Positions 20,718 to 31,073 of a stretch of 40,756 nucleotides of DNA are shown one piece after another (position 1 is the stretch's first letter; every line of letters starts with the position of its first letter). The translations under genes and the position numbers were made by a program. Location: the IMG/VR virus record IMGVR_UViG_3300029868_000025. One strand, written 5' to 3'. The notes under the pieces were generated by a model. The model did no database searches. It worked only from the letters and a program-made list of their open reading frames with translations, and was not told where the DNA came from. This DNA comes from a virus.

Positions 20718-22599
20718 AGCGGCAATTAAGAAGGGGGTCGGCGTCCTCTTTGCGCCCCCGCCAATGACAGCAGTAGAACACGCTGACGCCAATTTTTATA
20801 TGTCGGCAGAATCCTCTTACATTGAGGGCAAGTGGAAAACGGTTCCTTATCAAATCGCAATACTAAACGCGATGGGCAACGACGAGATTGACGAGGTTAA
20901 CTGGGTCAAGTCGGCTAGGGTCGGCTATACAAAGCTCCTTGCTTGCGCGATTGGCTACTTCATTGAGCATAAGAAAAGAAACGTTATCGCATGGCAACCT
21001 GATGATGGTGCGCGGGATGCGTTCTCTAAAAAGCATATTGACCCAATGCTAAGAGATGTTGGGATATTGCGCTCAATGTTCCCCTGGTTAGATAAGAAGC
21101 ATAAAAACAACGTCATCGAGTGCAAGACATTTGCTAATCACAGGGTTTTACATTTGCTCGGCGGCAAGGCTGCTAAGAACTATCGAGAGCGATCCGTTGA
21201 TGTAGCGATATACGATGAGCTTTCTAAGTTTGATTCTGATATTGAGAAAGAGGGCTCAGCCACCTTCTTAGGCGACAAGCGCCTTGAGGGTTCGGTGTTT
21301 AGAAAATCGATACGCGGTAGCACGCCAGGTATTCGCGGCGTTTGCCAGATAGAGGACGCAGCGGCGGAAGCGTCACAAAGCTTTGAACGATACATTCCTT
21401 GTCCACACTGCGGAGAGCCGCAGGTATTAAAGTTTGGCGGCAAAGATTTAGAGTATGGCTTGTCATGGAATGACGAAGTTAACGACGACGAAAAGCCGGA
21501 AACAGTGCATTACATTTGCCCCCATAATGGATGCGTATTTTATTATGCAGACTACGTGGAAGCGGATAGCAAAGGATTCTACAAAAGCAAAAAAGGCATG
21601 GTTACCTATGACGGCCTCACCTTTTACGATGAGAGCGGAGCAATAACACTAACGCCTATATCAGTTACCTTTAACAACTGGGCGATACATTCACACTTTA
21701 GCCCCTGGAGCCGAATAGTTAAGGATTGGCTCAAGGCGAAGCGATCAAAAGAAAAGCTTAAATCATTTGTTAACACTACCCTCGGCGAAACGTGGGAAGA
21801 AGACGAAGGCGAAAAATTAGAAGACGCAGCACTCTACGCAAGACGCGAACACTACCAAGCCGAAGTGCCTATTGATAATTGCGTATTAACCGCAGCAGTA
21901 GACACCCAGGATGACCGCTTTGAGATAGAGGTGGTCGCTTGGACTGCTGGCGAAGAATCTTACCGAATCAGTTACGAGCGTTTATACGGCGACCTATCCC
22001 GCTCCGAGATATGGACACTATTAGCCAAGCGGCTCAAGCGACAATTTAAAACACCGAGCGGCCTATTAATTGATATACGGCTTTGCTTTATAGACTCCGG
22101 TGGACACTACACCGATGAGGTTTATGAATTCAGCAAGAAGCACGGCGTTAGAAGGTTTGTACCTATCAAGGGTCACTCACAAGCCGGTAAGCCAATAGCA
22201 GACTTTCCAAGAAAGCGAACTGCTAAGAAAGTCTATTTAACAATGATCGGTACGGATACCGCCAAAGAATTAATTACTTCTCGATTACAGATATTAGAAC
22301 CAGGCGAGGGATATTGCCATTACCCGGTATCGGATGAATTCGACGAAACCTATTTCAAACATCTAACCAACGAAAAAAGAATCAAGAAAGTCGTCAAGGG
22401 TAAGCGCGTGGTTGTTTGGGATGCTGGCGGAAGACGAAACGAGCCGTTCGACACCTCAGTTTATAACACTGGAGCCGTTCGAGTATTGCAGCAACATTTT
22501 GGTGTTGACCTGGAAGACCTGCAATACGAAGCCCCGCACGAAGACGAAAACGAAACAAGCGACGAGCCCCAACGCAGAACATCATCTTACTGGAATTAA
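20683..22599 (+). CDS. Terminase large subunit (lambda gpA family)
   Basis: Extended similarity to lambda gpA recalled from memory: TAVEHADANFYM, VKSARVGYTK, GGKAAKNYRERSVDVAIYDEL, FLGDKRLEGSV, CPHCGEPQ, FVNTTLGETWEE. Confidence 0.95.
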   Translation: MMLSSNQRVKFKAAIKKGVGVLFAPPPMTAVEHADANFYMSAESSYIEGKWKTVPYQIAILNAMGNDEIDEVNWVKSARVGYTKLLACAIGYFIEHKKRNVIAWQPDDGARDAFSKKHIDPMLRDVGILRSMFPWLDKKHKNNVIECKTFANHRVLHLLGGKAAKNYRERSVDVAIYDELSKFDSDIEKEGSATFLGDKRLEGSVFRKSIRGSTPGIRGVCQIEDAAAEASQSFERYIPCPHCGEPQVLKFGGKDLEYGLSWNDEVNDDEKPETVHYICPHNGCVFYYADYVEADSKGFYKSKKGMVTYDGLTFYDESGAITLTPISVTFNNWAIHSHFSPWSRIVKDWLKAKRSKEKLKSFVNTTLGETWEEDEGEKLEDAALYARREHYQAEVPIDNCVLTAAVDTQDDRFEIEVVAWTAGEESYRISYERLYGDLSRSEIWTLLAKRLKRQFKTPSGLLIDIRLCFIDSGGHYTDEVYEFSKKHGVRRFVPIKGHSQAGKPIADFPRKRTAKKVYLTMIGTDTAKELITSRLQILEPGEGYCHYPVSDEFDETYFKHLTNEKRIKKVVKGKRVVVWDAGGRRNEPFDTSVYNTGAVRVLQQHFGVDLEDLQYEAPHEDENETSDEPQRRTSSYWN

Positions 22600-22604
22600 A
22601 ATTA

Positions 22605-22805
22605 ATGGCCGCTACCAAAGTCAAACTACAGCAACTTGAAGACGCCTATTATGAGGGCGTGACTTCGGTAAAAGTTGACGGGCGCGAAATAACATACCGC
22701 AGCCTGAGAGATATGGAGCGCATTATAAACCGTATGAAAAAAGAGCTTGAAGGCTCAAACGGTGCCATTGTAGCAACGCCAACTTTCGATAGGGGCTACC
22801 AATGA
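22605..22805 (+). CDS. gpW-like head-tail joining protein
   Basis: 66 aa between terL and portal. VKVDGREITYRSLRDMERII resembles lambda W. Confidence 0.75.
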   Translation: MAATKVKLQQLEDAYYEGVTSVKVDGREITYRSLRDMERIINRMKKELEGSNGAIVATPTFDRGYQ

Positions 22806-24277
22806 GTCGCAACATGTTCGATAAGCTTGTTGGCTACTTCTCGCCAACTAGAGCGCTTGCACGAGATCAGGCCCGCTACAGATCGGATATGCTAACAGCT
22901 AAAGACGGTTACGACGCTGCCGGAAAGGGTCGGCGCAATACTTGGGTTAGAGGCTCGGATTCTAGCGTGAATGTTGAAACAAGAGGCTCGCTTGTTGCCT
23001 TGCGTGGTCGCTCGCGTGAAATGGTGCGCAACAACCCATACGCAGCCAGAGCCATCGAGGCGAGGGTATCGAATGCAATTGGTGCCGGAATAGTTCCAGC
23101 GGCTAAGTGTGACAACCAAAAGCGCCAAGATAACGCTAATAAGCTAATGCGGGAATGGTTAAAGACTTGCGACGTTGATGGCGTGCATAACCTCTACGGC
23201 CTTCAAGCGCTAGCAATGGCGGCAGTATCCGAGAGTGGCGAAGCTGTTGTTATTAAGCAGACCGTCAATGATAGAAGTCTAGCAGTACCATTAAAAATCA
23301 AGCTCGTTGAAGGTGATCACATTGACCACACTAAAGACGGCGGCTTGACCGACGGCAGTAACGTAATACAAGGCGTTCAATTTTCTTCCGGTGGCGCTAA
23401 GTCTGGATTATGGCTTTACAAGAACCACCCAGGCGAAAGAGGTGCAACAACCTTAACCTCAAAGCTAACGCCAATTGATCAAGTTGCCCATATATTCGAA
23501 GCAAAGCGCCCAGGGCAAGTAAGAGGTATTCCCGCCGGCGCTTCCGCCTTTATGAAAATGAAGGGGCTCGATGATTTTCAAGACGCAAGAATTGAACAGC
23601 AAAAAATTTCAGCGTGTTTAGTTGGGATTATTACGGATAGCGAAAACCCCAATTCTAGAGGCGATGTTTTGCCGGATAGGCTGGAGCCTGGCATGTTTCC
23701 TCAGATTAGCGGAGGTAAGGATGTAAAATTTAATTCCCCTCCTTCCGTTTCTGGTCATGCCGAATTTGTCTCTACTGAGCTGCACGCGGTTGCAATGTCT
23801 TACGGTATCACATACGAAGCGCTTACGGGCGACCTTGGTGGCGTTAACTTCTCAAGCGGCAAAATGGGCTGGATAGAGTTCTCAAGAAATATACAGCGCT
23901 GGCGGTGGAACATGATTATCCCCCAGCTTTGCCACAAGGTAGGCGATTGGTTTATTGAGGCGGCAACTTTAGCGGGTCACGATATGAAAGGCGTCACTTT
24001 TGAATGGACGCCGCCCCGTAGAGAAATGATTGACGCCAACAAAGAAATACCAGCGCAATTAAAAGCGATCAGGGGAGGATTGAAGTCATGGTCTGAGACT
24101 GTTCGAGAAAACGGTTACCAGCCCGAGGCGCTTATTAAGGAGATGGTCGAGGATAATAAACGCTTCGATGATAATGGAATAATTTTAGATTCCGACTCAA
24201 GAAAAACGACTTCTGCCGGAAACCTTCAGATTGAAGATAATTACGAGGATGACGAAAATGAAAACAAGCCGGAATAG
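22802..24277 (+). CDS. Portal protein (lambda gpB family)
   Basis: RSREMVRNNPYAARAIE resembles lambda B ADDLVRNNGYAANAIQ. Size and position fit. Confidence 0.9.
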   Translation: MSRNMFDKLVGYFSPTRALARDQARYRSDMLTAKDGYDAAGKGRRNTWVRGSDSSVNVETRGSLVALRGRSREMVRNNPYAARAIEARVSNAIGAGIVPAAKCDNQKRQDNANKLMREWLKTCDVDGVHNLYGLQALAMAAVSESGEAVVIKQTVNDRSLAVPLKIKLVEGDHIDHTKDGGLTDGSNVIQGVQFSSGGAKSGLWLYKNHPGERGATTLTSKLTPIDQVAHIFEAKRPGQVRGIPAGASAFMKMKGLDDFQDARIEQQKISACLVGIITDSENPNSRGDVLPDRLEPGMFPQISGGKDVKFNSPPSVSGHAEFVSTELHAVAMSYGITYEALTGDLGGVNFSSGKMGWIEFSRNIQRWRWNMIIPQLCHKVGDWFIEAATLAGHDMKGVTFEWTPPRREMIDANKEIPAQLKAIRGGLKSWSETVRENGYQPEALIKEMVEDNKRFDDNGIILDSDSRKTTSAGNLQIEDNYEDDENENKPE

Positions 24278-26273
24278 CGTAGGCACAACCACAAGCCGAA
24301 ACAGCATTAGTGGCAGCGGTGAGCTTCTTCTCTACGGTGAGATTGGCGAGTATTGGGATGATTTAGACGCTGAATCCGTTGTTAGACAGCTTGAATATCT
24401 CAATAAAGATGAGCTAGCCGTTCGCATACACTCAGGCGGCGGATTGATTCTAGAAGGTTTGGCAATTTATAACGCGCTAAAGCGATCAGCGGCAAACATA
24501 ACGGTTTATATCGACGGCCTAGCAGCTTCGATGGCGTCCGTTGTGGCAATGGTAGGCGATAAGGTGATCATGCCTTCTAACGCCTGGCTAATGATTCACA
24601 AGCCGTGGAATTACGTAGGCGGCAACGCTGACGAAATGCGAAAGATGGCCGACAACTTAGACGGCTTTGAAGATAGCCTAGTTTTAATCTACAAAGCCAA
24701 GTGCAACCTATCCGAAGATGAAATCAAAGATATGTTGAGAAATGAAACCTGGATCAGCGCAAAGGATGCGTTAGAGATGGGTTTCATTGATGAGATTTCC
24801 GACGCAATAGAAGCTGCGGCCTCAATCGATCTAAATCAATTTAGCAACGTTCCCGATGATATGCGTAAAAGCTTGTCATCAACACCAAAAGCGGCCCAGC
24901 CCGTTAATTTAAACCCAAAGGAAATACCCACTATGACACCTGAAGAAATAGCAGCGGCTGAAGCAAAAGCAATGGCCGCACAAGCAAAATCAGATGAAGC
25001 AGCAAAGGCGCTAGCTACTGAGGCAGTAGCCAAAGAGCGACAACGAGCGGCTTCCATTCGTGAAATTGGCGGCCAAGCAAAGTTAGACGCCGATGCTGTA
25101 AATAACATGATCGATCGCGGCATTTCAATCGATGCGGCTCGCGGTGAAGCACTGGAAGCTGTAGCAAAGCGAGACGCTGCATTTGTGCCTAGCTCTCACA
25201 TTCGCGTAGAGACTGACACCACAGCAATCAAGGCAAGCATGACTAATGCTATCTTGAATCGCGCGGCCCCTTCAAAGAATAAGCTCGACGAAGGCGGCGC
25301 AGACTTCCGAGGCGCTTCGCTTCTCGATATGGCCAAGGCAATGATTGAGTGCGGCGGCGGTAGTATTCGAGGTATGTCACCGAATGAAGTTGCAGCAAAG
25401 GCAATGCATTCAACTAGCGACTTTCCAGCGATCCTGGCTGATGTTGCTAACAAGTCTCTATCTCAAGGCTACGAGGCAGCGCCAAAGACGTTTATGCCTT
25501 TCTGTCGCCAAACTTCAGCCTCGGACTTCAAAGCCGTTAACCGCGCCAAGCTAGGCGAAGCGCCAGAGCTTGAAAAAGTGAACGAAAAGGGCGAATTCAA
25601 GTACGGCACCATGGGAGAAGCGAACGAAGCTTATCAGCTAGAAACGTTCGGTAAAATCATGTCCTTAACCCGTCAAACGCTCATCAATGATGATCTTGAT
25701 GCGTTCACACGTATTCCTCAAGCTTTCGGCGCTTCTGCTGCTGAGCTTGAAAATACAACCGTTTGGGGATTGATTACCGGCACTAAGGTTATGTCTGATG
25801 CCAAGGTGTTATTCCATACAGGGCATAAAAACTTAGGTACAGCGGGCGCTCTTAGCGAAACCACACTAAGCGAAGCGCGTAAGAAGTTACGCAGACAAAC
25901 AGGAATCAACTCTACTCGCCCGCTTAACTTGATGGCTGAGTTTTTGATTGTTCCGGCGTCACTAGAAACAGTAGCGCAAAAGCTACTTACTGCAATTGTT
26001 GCTAACGCTTCTAACGACGTTAACCCATTCGCCAACACTTTCACAATCATTGTCGAGCCTCGCCTTGATGATGATAGTGAGACTTCTTGGTATTTGGCCT
26101 CATCTCCTAACCGTATCGATACCATCGAGTATGCATACTTGACCGGCGAAGAGGGCGTTTATATCGAAACCGAGCAAGGCTTTGATGTAGATGGAATCAA
26201 GATTAAGGCGCGCTTAGACTTTGGTGCTGGCGTTATTGATTGGCGCGGCTTGTTCAAGAACGCTGGCCAGTAA
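24258..26273 (+). CDS. Prohead protease (ClpP/S14-like) / major capsid protein fusion
   Basis: N-terminal IHSGGG...GLAASMASVV...MIHKPW ClpP motifs, an Ala/Lys-rich linker, and a C-terminal ~400-aa capsid-like region. ATG 24258 follows a GAGGA RBS. Confidence 0.85.
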   Translation: MKTSRNSVGTTTSRNSISGSGELLLYGEIGEYWDDLDAESVVRQLEYLNKDELAVRIHSGGGLILEGLAIYNALKRSAANITVYIDGLAASMASVVAMVGDKVIMPSNAWLMIHKPWNYVGGNADEMRKMADNLDGFEDSLVLIYKAKCNLSEDEIKDMLRNETWISAKDALEMGFIDEISDAIEAAASIDLNQFSNVPDDMRKSLSSTPKAAQPVNLNPKEIPTMTPEEIAAAEAKAMAAQAKSDEAAKALATEAVAKERQRAASIREIGGQAKLDADAVNNMIDRGISIDAARGEALEAVAKRDAAFVPSSHIRVETDTTAIKASMTNAILNRAAPSKNKLDEGGADFRGASLLDMAKAMIECGGGSIRGMSPNEVAAKAMHSTSDFPAILADVANKSLSQGYEAAPKTFMPFCRQTSASDFKAVNRAKLGEAPELEKVNEKGEFKYGTMGEANEAYQLETFGKIMSLTRQTLINDDLDAFTRIPQAFGASAAELENTTVWGLITGTKVMSDAKVLFHTGHKNLGTAGALSETTLSEARKKLRRQTGINSTRPLNLMAEFLIVPASLETVAQKLLTAIVANASNDVNPFANTFTIIVEPRLDDDSETSWYLASSPNRIDTIEYAYLTGEEGVYIETEQGFDVDGIKIKARLDFGAGVIDWRGLFKNAGQ

Positions 26274-26293
26274 TCAAAACCAAGTAAATCACT

Positions 26294-26315
26294 AAGGGGC
26301 TTCGGCCCCTTTTTT
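26294..26315 (+). terminator. Rho-independent terminator after the capsid gene
   Basis: AAGGGGC-ttcg-GCCCCTT followed by TTTT. Confidence 0.8.
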
Positions 26316-26341
26316 GTGGAAAAAATACGGGAAATTAAAAG

Positions 26342-26671
26342 ATGAAAAATTTTGTACAGGCAGGAAACACTTTAACCCTTGCAGCTCCTTACGATGTTGC
26401 CAGCGGCGAAGGTGCATTAGTTGGCGCTACTTTTGGCGTTGCAGGAACCACTATTGCAAACGGTGTTGATGGCGAGTTTGACGTTTGCGGCGTGTTTGAT
26501 CTCGCCAAGAAGTCAGCAGATACCCCAGGCCAAGGCGTTAAGGCATATTGGGATAATACCAATAAAGAAGTTACCACCACCTCTACAGCAAACACTTTGA
26601 TCGGTGTGTTCACTAAGGCGGTAGCTGGCGGCGTTGTAACTGCTAACGTCCGGTTAAACGGCTCGTTCTAG
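26342..26671 (+). CDS. DUF2190-like head decoration protein
   Basis: 109 aa Gly/Ala/Val-rich beta protein directly after the capsid gene. The FVQAGNTLTL...G.VG start is typical of the family. Confidence 0.7.
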   Translation: MKNFVQAGNTLTLAAPYDVASGEGALVGATFGVAGTTIANGVDGEFDVCGVFDLAKKSADTPGQGVKAYWDNTNKEVTTTSTANTLIGVFTKAVAGGVVTANVRLNGSF

Positions 26672-26728
26672 TATCTGAATATCAGGCCGCAAGGACGCGG
26701 CTTTACCCCTATTTAAAAGGTTTTGTTT

Positions 26729-27019
26729 ATGTCGAGCATATTCGAAAGGATGTCAGCGCGAGCAATTAGGATAATTGGCGATTCAACCGTTGTTACTGAA
26801 AGCGGTGATATTTTTACAGGTATTTTTAAAAACGAGTATATCGAAACGCTAGATATAGCCGGAACCTTTCCAGTGCTTACTTGCGACACTTCTAATGTCT
26901 CTGAATTAAAGCGGGATGACCTGCTAGAGATAGACGGCAAGACCTACAAATTTATTCAGGGCGAGCCAAGCGACGCGGGCGCTTCTCGCGTGCTACTAAA
27001 GGCCGCTTCCGATGCATAG
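26729..27019 (+). CDS. Head-tail connector/adaptor protein (putative)
   Basis: Position and size. ATG 26729 was chosen over TTG 26723. Confidence 0.55.
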   Translation: MSSIFERMSARAIRIIGDSTVVTESGDIFTGIFKNEYIETLDIAGTFPVLTCDTSNVSELKRDDLLEIDGKTYKFIQGEPSDAGASRVLLKAASDA

Positions 27020-27443
27020 AGCCGAAACAATACTAGACGCCATCCTATCGCTATTAACCGGGCTAACTACTACCGGGGAAAAAGTAGAGCGCGGCAGAGT
27101 TTACAAAATCGCTGCTTGGCCTTCGCTATCAATAGAAATGGGAAGCGATCAGGCAAGCGACGAAGGGCGGAGCGTAGCATTTCAAACAAGGTCGCTTGAG
27201 GTTGGCGTTACCAGCTACGCAAAAGCCGACGAAGACACAGAAACAGCGTTAAACACTATTCGCGCTGAAGTTTACGCGGCAATGATGGCAGATCACACTC
27301 TAGGACTAGATTTTGTTCTTGATGTGATATTTTCTGGTGATTCGCCCCCTCAGTTGTCAGGTGACAGCGAGCAACCAGCAGCAGCACAAACAATGAATTA
27401 CTCAATTTCTTACCGGCATTCTTTAATCAGTGCGGAGTCCTAA
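27012..27443 (+). CDS. Head-tail/tail completion protein (putative)
   Basis: Position between connector and tail tube genes; overlaps the upstream gene. Confidence 0.55.
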   Translation: MHRAETILDAILSLLTGLTTTGEKVERGRVYKIAAWPSLSIEMGSDQASDEGRSVAFQTRSLEVGVTSYAKADEDTETALNTIRAEVYAAMMADHTLGLDFVLDVIFSGDSPPQLSGDSEQPAAAQTMNYSISYRHSLISAES

Positions 27444-27539
27444 AAATGGCAGATCAAACGCCAGTAATCGCAAAAGAACGAAAACGAAAAACTTTAACCG
27501 TAAAAAAAGGCGGCTCAACTACCGTGGGGATAGAAAAGA

Positions 27540-28466
27540 ATGCTAGTAAATAGAGAAGTTATTTTAGCCAAAATTGAAAGCACGTATAACACAGATAGCT
27601 CTCCGTCAGCGTCAACAGATGCGACGTTGGTTGAGTCTCCATCCTGGTCAAACGAAGCGGCTAAGATGATAGAGCGCGCAAACGTAAAATCAAGTATTGG
27701 CAAGGATCAAAGTATTTTTGCAGGCTCGCTTAAATCTGTTTCTTTCGATATGGAAATGAAGGGCAGCGGCACGGCTGGCACGCCTCCTGAAATGGCTGTC
27801 TATTTGCGCGGCTGCGGCTTAGGCGAAACTGTCGTAGCGTCTACCAGCGTTACTTATACGCCAGTTTCAACAGGGCAAGAGTCAATCACCATCTGGTATT
27901 ACTCGGACGGCTTGCTACACAAGCTAACAGGTTGTCGCGGTAACGTTTCGTTTAACCTTGAGGCTGGCGGCGCGGGTAAGGCTAGCTTTACCTTTACTGG
28001 TCACAATGCCGGTGTTACTGACGCTTCACTAGTCAGCCCAACTTACGACGCAGCAGTACCAGCCCCGGTTATCAATGTACCGTTTTCAATCGGCGGCTAT
28101 TCTGCGGTTATCAATTCTCTAAGCTTTGATTTGAGTAACGGCTTGGCGACTCCTTCCGATATGTCCTCTAGTGACGGTTTTGGCGAAGTAATCATAACCG
28201 CTCGCGACGTTGCCGGCTCCTTTGATCCTGAGCAAGTTCTAAAAGCCACAAAGGACTATATAAACGAATGGGAATCAGGAACAACAATGGCGCTTAGTGC
28301 CGGCGTTATCGGTTCGATTGCTGGCAACCGCTATTCGGTGTCAATGCCTGCCGTTTATTACCGCGAAGTATCACCAGGTGATCGCGACGGTTTGCGCACA
28401 TTAGAAGTAAGTTACGGCGCGGCTGAATCAAGCGGCGATGACGAAGTATCACTAGCATTCACATAA
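27540..28466 (+). CDS. Major tail (tube) protein
   Basis: 308 aa directly upstream of the chaperone pair and tape measure. Confidence 0.7.
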   Translation: MLVNREVILAKIESTYNTDSSPSASTDATLVESPSWSNEAAKMIERANVKSSIGKDQSIFAGSLKSVSFDMEMKGSGTAGTPPEMAVYLRGCGLGETVVASTSVTYTPVSTGQESITIWYYSDGLLHKLTGCRGNVSFNLEAGGAGKASFTFTGHNAGVTDASLVSPTYDAAVPAPVINVPFSIGGYSAVINSLSFDLSNGLATPSDMSSSDGFGEVIITARDVAGSFDPEQVLKATKDYINEWESGTTMALSAGVIGSIAGNRYSVSMPAVYYREVSPGDRDGLRTLEVSYGAAESSGDDEVSLAFT

Positions 28467-28475
28467 GGAAAAACA

Positions 28476-28811
28476 ATGTCGATTATTGCTCTCTCAGGGC
28501 TGGCCCCTGAATGGTTTACACCAACACAGCCAGACTCAGAAAATCAAACGCGGTTTGAGGTCAAGCCGCTAAATGGTCTCGATTATTTAGAGGTTCAATC
28601 GAAATCAGAAAACGGAAGAATAACCGGCAAGGGAATTAAACTTGCGCTAAGCCTTGGTCTTATTGGGTGGGAAAACTTCAATAAGCCTGGCGGTGAAGCT
28701 GTAGAGTTTAACCAAGAAAGCTTAAAGCTAATACCAGCGGAAACAATCCAAGACCTTGTTACTAAAATTCTCGATCTATCCAGATTTACGGAAAGCGAAA
28801 GAAAAAACTAA
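28476..28811 (+). CDS. Tail assembly chaperone (gpG-like)
   Basis: 111 aa between tube and tape measure; ends in a slippery A_AAA_AAC. Confidence 0.7.
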   Translation: MSIIALSGLAPEWFTPTQPDSENQTRFEVKPLNGLDYLEVQSKSENGRITGKGIKLALSLGLIGWENFNKPGGEAVEFNQESLKLIPAETIQDLVTKILDLSRFTESERKN

Positions 28812-29113
28812 TTATTGCAATCGAAGTAGGAAACAACCCAAGAGACTTCGATTGCAAAAATTGCGCGCACAGACACTGCGATAAAGATAGAGAAATACCC
28901 GGCTCACGCGGCCAAGCCCCTTATCCTAAGTGGGCAATAGATGTAGGTCGCGGCGAGGTGCTAGAAACAAATGTTTGCCCCCTCCCTATGGTCTCCGACC
29001 TATCAAGAACGCTATTAACTCTAAATAAACACTATGAGAAAGGGCACTTTCCTTTTTCGGGTGGATTGCTAGAGCAGCCGCACAAATACCTAGACGCTAT
29101 GGAGTTGTTTTAG
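28476..29113 (+). CDS. Tail assembly chaperone frameshift product (gpGT-like, -1 slip at 28802..28808)
   Basis: The -1 frame is open without stops from 28808 to TAG 29111..29113, has no start codon of its own, and abuts the tape measure ATG at 29114. Confidence 0.6.
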
Positions 29114-31072
29114 ATGGGAAAGTCTTATGCCGTTACAATCGGCGCAAAGAACAATACAAGCAAAGCCTTTAAAGAAATAAAGGGCGATTTGCGCGGCGTG
29201 AATGTATCGCTTACTGGTGTTACTAGCAAGATGCGTGATTTTAGTGGCGTTGGTGTGGCTGCATTGGGTGCGGTTGGTGTTGCGGCGGCAGCTGGTCTGG
29301 GCGTGATTATAACGCAAGCGGCTGACGCGGCGAGCGAGATAAAAAACCTATCAGTATTAGCAGGGGCGGCCCCTGAGCAGTTCCAAAAGATGGCTTTCGG
29401 TGCCAGGTTCTTGGGGATTGAGCAAGACAAGTTATCCGATATCTTAAAGGACACAAACGACAAGCTCGGCGACTTTTTCGAAACTGGCGGCGGCGCTGCC
29501 AAAGACTTCTTTGATAATATCGCCCCTAAAGTTGGCGTTACTGCTGAGCAGTTCAAGAACCTATCAGGCCCCGACGCGCTACAGCTTTATTACACGAGCT
29601 TAGAAAAGGCGAACCTATCTCAAGCGCAGATGACGTTCTACATGGAAGCCATCGCAAACGATGCAACGTTGTTGGCTCCTTTGTTGAGGGATGGCGGCGT
29701 TGCAATGCGAGAGCAGGCCAAAGAGGCTGAGCGCTTAGGTTTGGTTTTGTCTGAGGTAGAGCTAGGCGTTTTAGCTGATGCTGACGTTAAGATAAAGAGC
29801 GCTACGGCTGGTCTAGGTGCTTTCATTAATCACTTGGCCGCTGACTTTGCGCCTTTAATTAGCGTTGTGTCAGATGAGTTTTTAGACGCTGCAAAAGAGG
29901 CTGGTGGCTTCGGCGAAATATCCACGAAAGTTTTCAACGTCATTATTAAAGGCGCTGGATTTGCTGCTGATGTTGTTCGAGGCTTGCAGGCTGTATTTTT
30001 AATTGTTCAGGGTGTAGTTGCACGAACGGTTGAGGTAATTGTTGGCACTTTTGCGATGGTAGAAAATGGCTATAGAGAATTGGCCAACTTAATACCTGGC
30101 GTAGAAGTAAAAACAACAGGATTTTTATCTAACGTACAAGAGTCACTTACCAGCGTTCGCGTTGATATACAAAATCAACTTGCAGAGCTGGCAGCAGCTC
30201 CAATGCCAAGCGAAGGGCTCGTGGTTTGGGCGGAAGAAGCGACAGCTAAAGTGCAGGCCGCAGTTGCTGAAGCGAAAGCCGCAATAGTCTCTGATGAAAA
30301 GGTTGGCGTTGAATTCGACCCGACAAGCGACCCAGAATCAGTAAATACGCTTGCCCGAATCAATTATATATCTGAGCTTAAAAAGTTCGGTGTTGCTAGC
30401 GACTTAGAAAGCGAAGAATTAGCGTTTCTTCAAAAAATGGAATTGCTAAATACTAATTTTTCCGCTGTTGAGCTTCCTGAAATTCAGCGCAGAGATGCAA
30501 TTAAATTTAAGTTAGCAGAGAAGCATGAAAAGAATTTAACTCGAATTAAAAACAAGGGATTAACCGAGCGCCAAAAATTCGAGAAGAAAACAGGGCTACA
30601 GCAGACTAAACAGGTCTTTGGGGAAATGGCCAACGTTACTGCTGGCGTTGCCTCTCATAATAAAGGGCTGTTTGAGATTAACAAAGTAGCAGGCATAGCC
30701 AATGCAGTAATTAACACCTATACCGGCGTATCTCAATCATTAGCGGCTTACCCTATGCCCATAGCGGCAGTAATGGCAGCAACACACTTGGCAGCAGGTT
30801 TGGCACAGGTTAGTGCTATTCGTTCGCAATCATTCGGAAGCGGCGGCGGTGGTGGCGGCACGGTTGCAGTCGGCACGGTTCCGGTTACAACGGCCCCGTC
30901 CAATATCGCATTAAGCCCAACTGGCTCCGATGATTTGGAAAGCAAAGAAACAGCCAAAGTTGTCAATATCACACTAAACATAGACGACGACGGCGTTTTT
31001 TCCGGTACATATATCAGGAATCTAATGGAAAGGATAGGCGAAGAAACCGAAGCCTTTAATGTGAGTTATTAA
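29114..31072 (+). CDS. Tape measure protein
   Basis: 652 aa, Ala/Gly-rich and helical, with a GSGGGGGG tract. Canonical position. Confidence 0.85.
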   Translation: MGKSYAVTIGAKNNTSKAFKEIKGDLRGVNVSLTGVTSKMRDFSGVGVAALGAVGVAAAAGLGVIITQAADAASEIKNLSVLAGAAPEQFQKMAFGARFLGIEQDKLSDILKDTNDKLGDFFETGGGAAKDFFDNIAPKVGVTAEQFKNLSGPDALQLYYTSLEKANLSQAQMTFYMEAIANDATLLAPLLRDGGVAMREQAKEAERLGLVLSEVELGVLADADVKIKSATAGLGAFINHLAADFAPLISVVSDEFLDAAKEAGGFGEISTKVFNVIIKGAGFAADVVRGLQAVFLIVQGVVARTVEVIVGTFAMVENGYRELANLIPGVEVKTTGFLSNVQESLTSVRVDIQNQLAELAAAPMPSEGLVVWAEEATAKVQAAVAEAKAAIVSDEKVGVEFDPTSDPESVNTLARINYISELKKFGVASDLESEELAFLQKMELLNTNFSAVELPEIQRRDAIKFKLAEKHEKNLTRIKNKGLTERQKFEKKTGLQQTKQVFGEMANVTAGVASHNKGLFEINKVAGIANAVINTYTGVSQSLAAYPMPIAAVMAATHLAAGLAQVSAIRSQSFGSGGGGGGTVAVGTVPVTTAPSNIALSPTGSDDLESKETAKVVNITLNIDDDGVFSGTYIRNLMERIGEETEAFNVSY

Positions 31073-31073
31073 T

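Noticed and set aside
24836-26125. Minus-strand ORFs inside the protease/capsid gene (24836..25123, 25196..25453, 25718..26125)
   Set aside because: They are antisense shadows of a well-supported structural gene.
27446-27553. 35-aa Lys-rich ORF between the tail completion and tail tube genes
   Set aside because: It has a weak RBS, overlaps the tail tube start, and is too short and low-complexity to support.
29125-30981. Several 60-140-aa minus-strand ORFs inside the tape measure gene (29125..29556, 29638..29826, 30175..30363, 30748..30981)
   Set aside because: These are Ala/Pro/Ser-rich mirror-image ORFs, typical of the antisense strand of a GC-rich Ala/Gly-rich gene. They have no RBSs.
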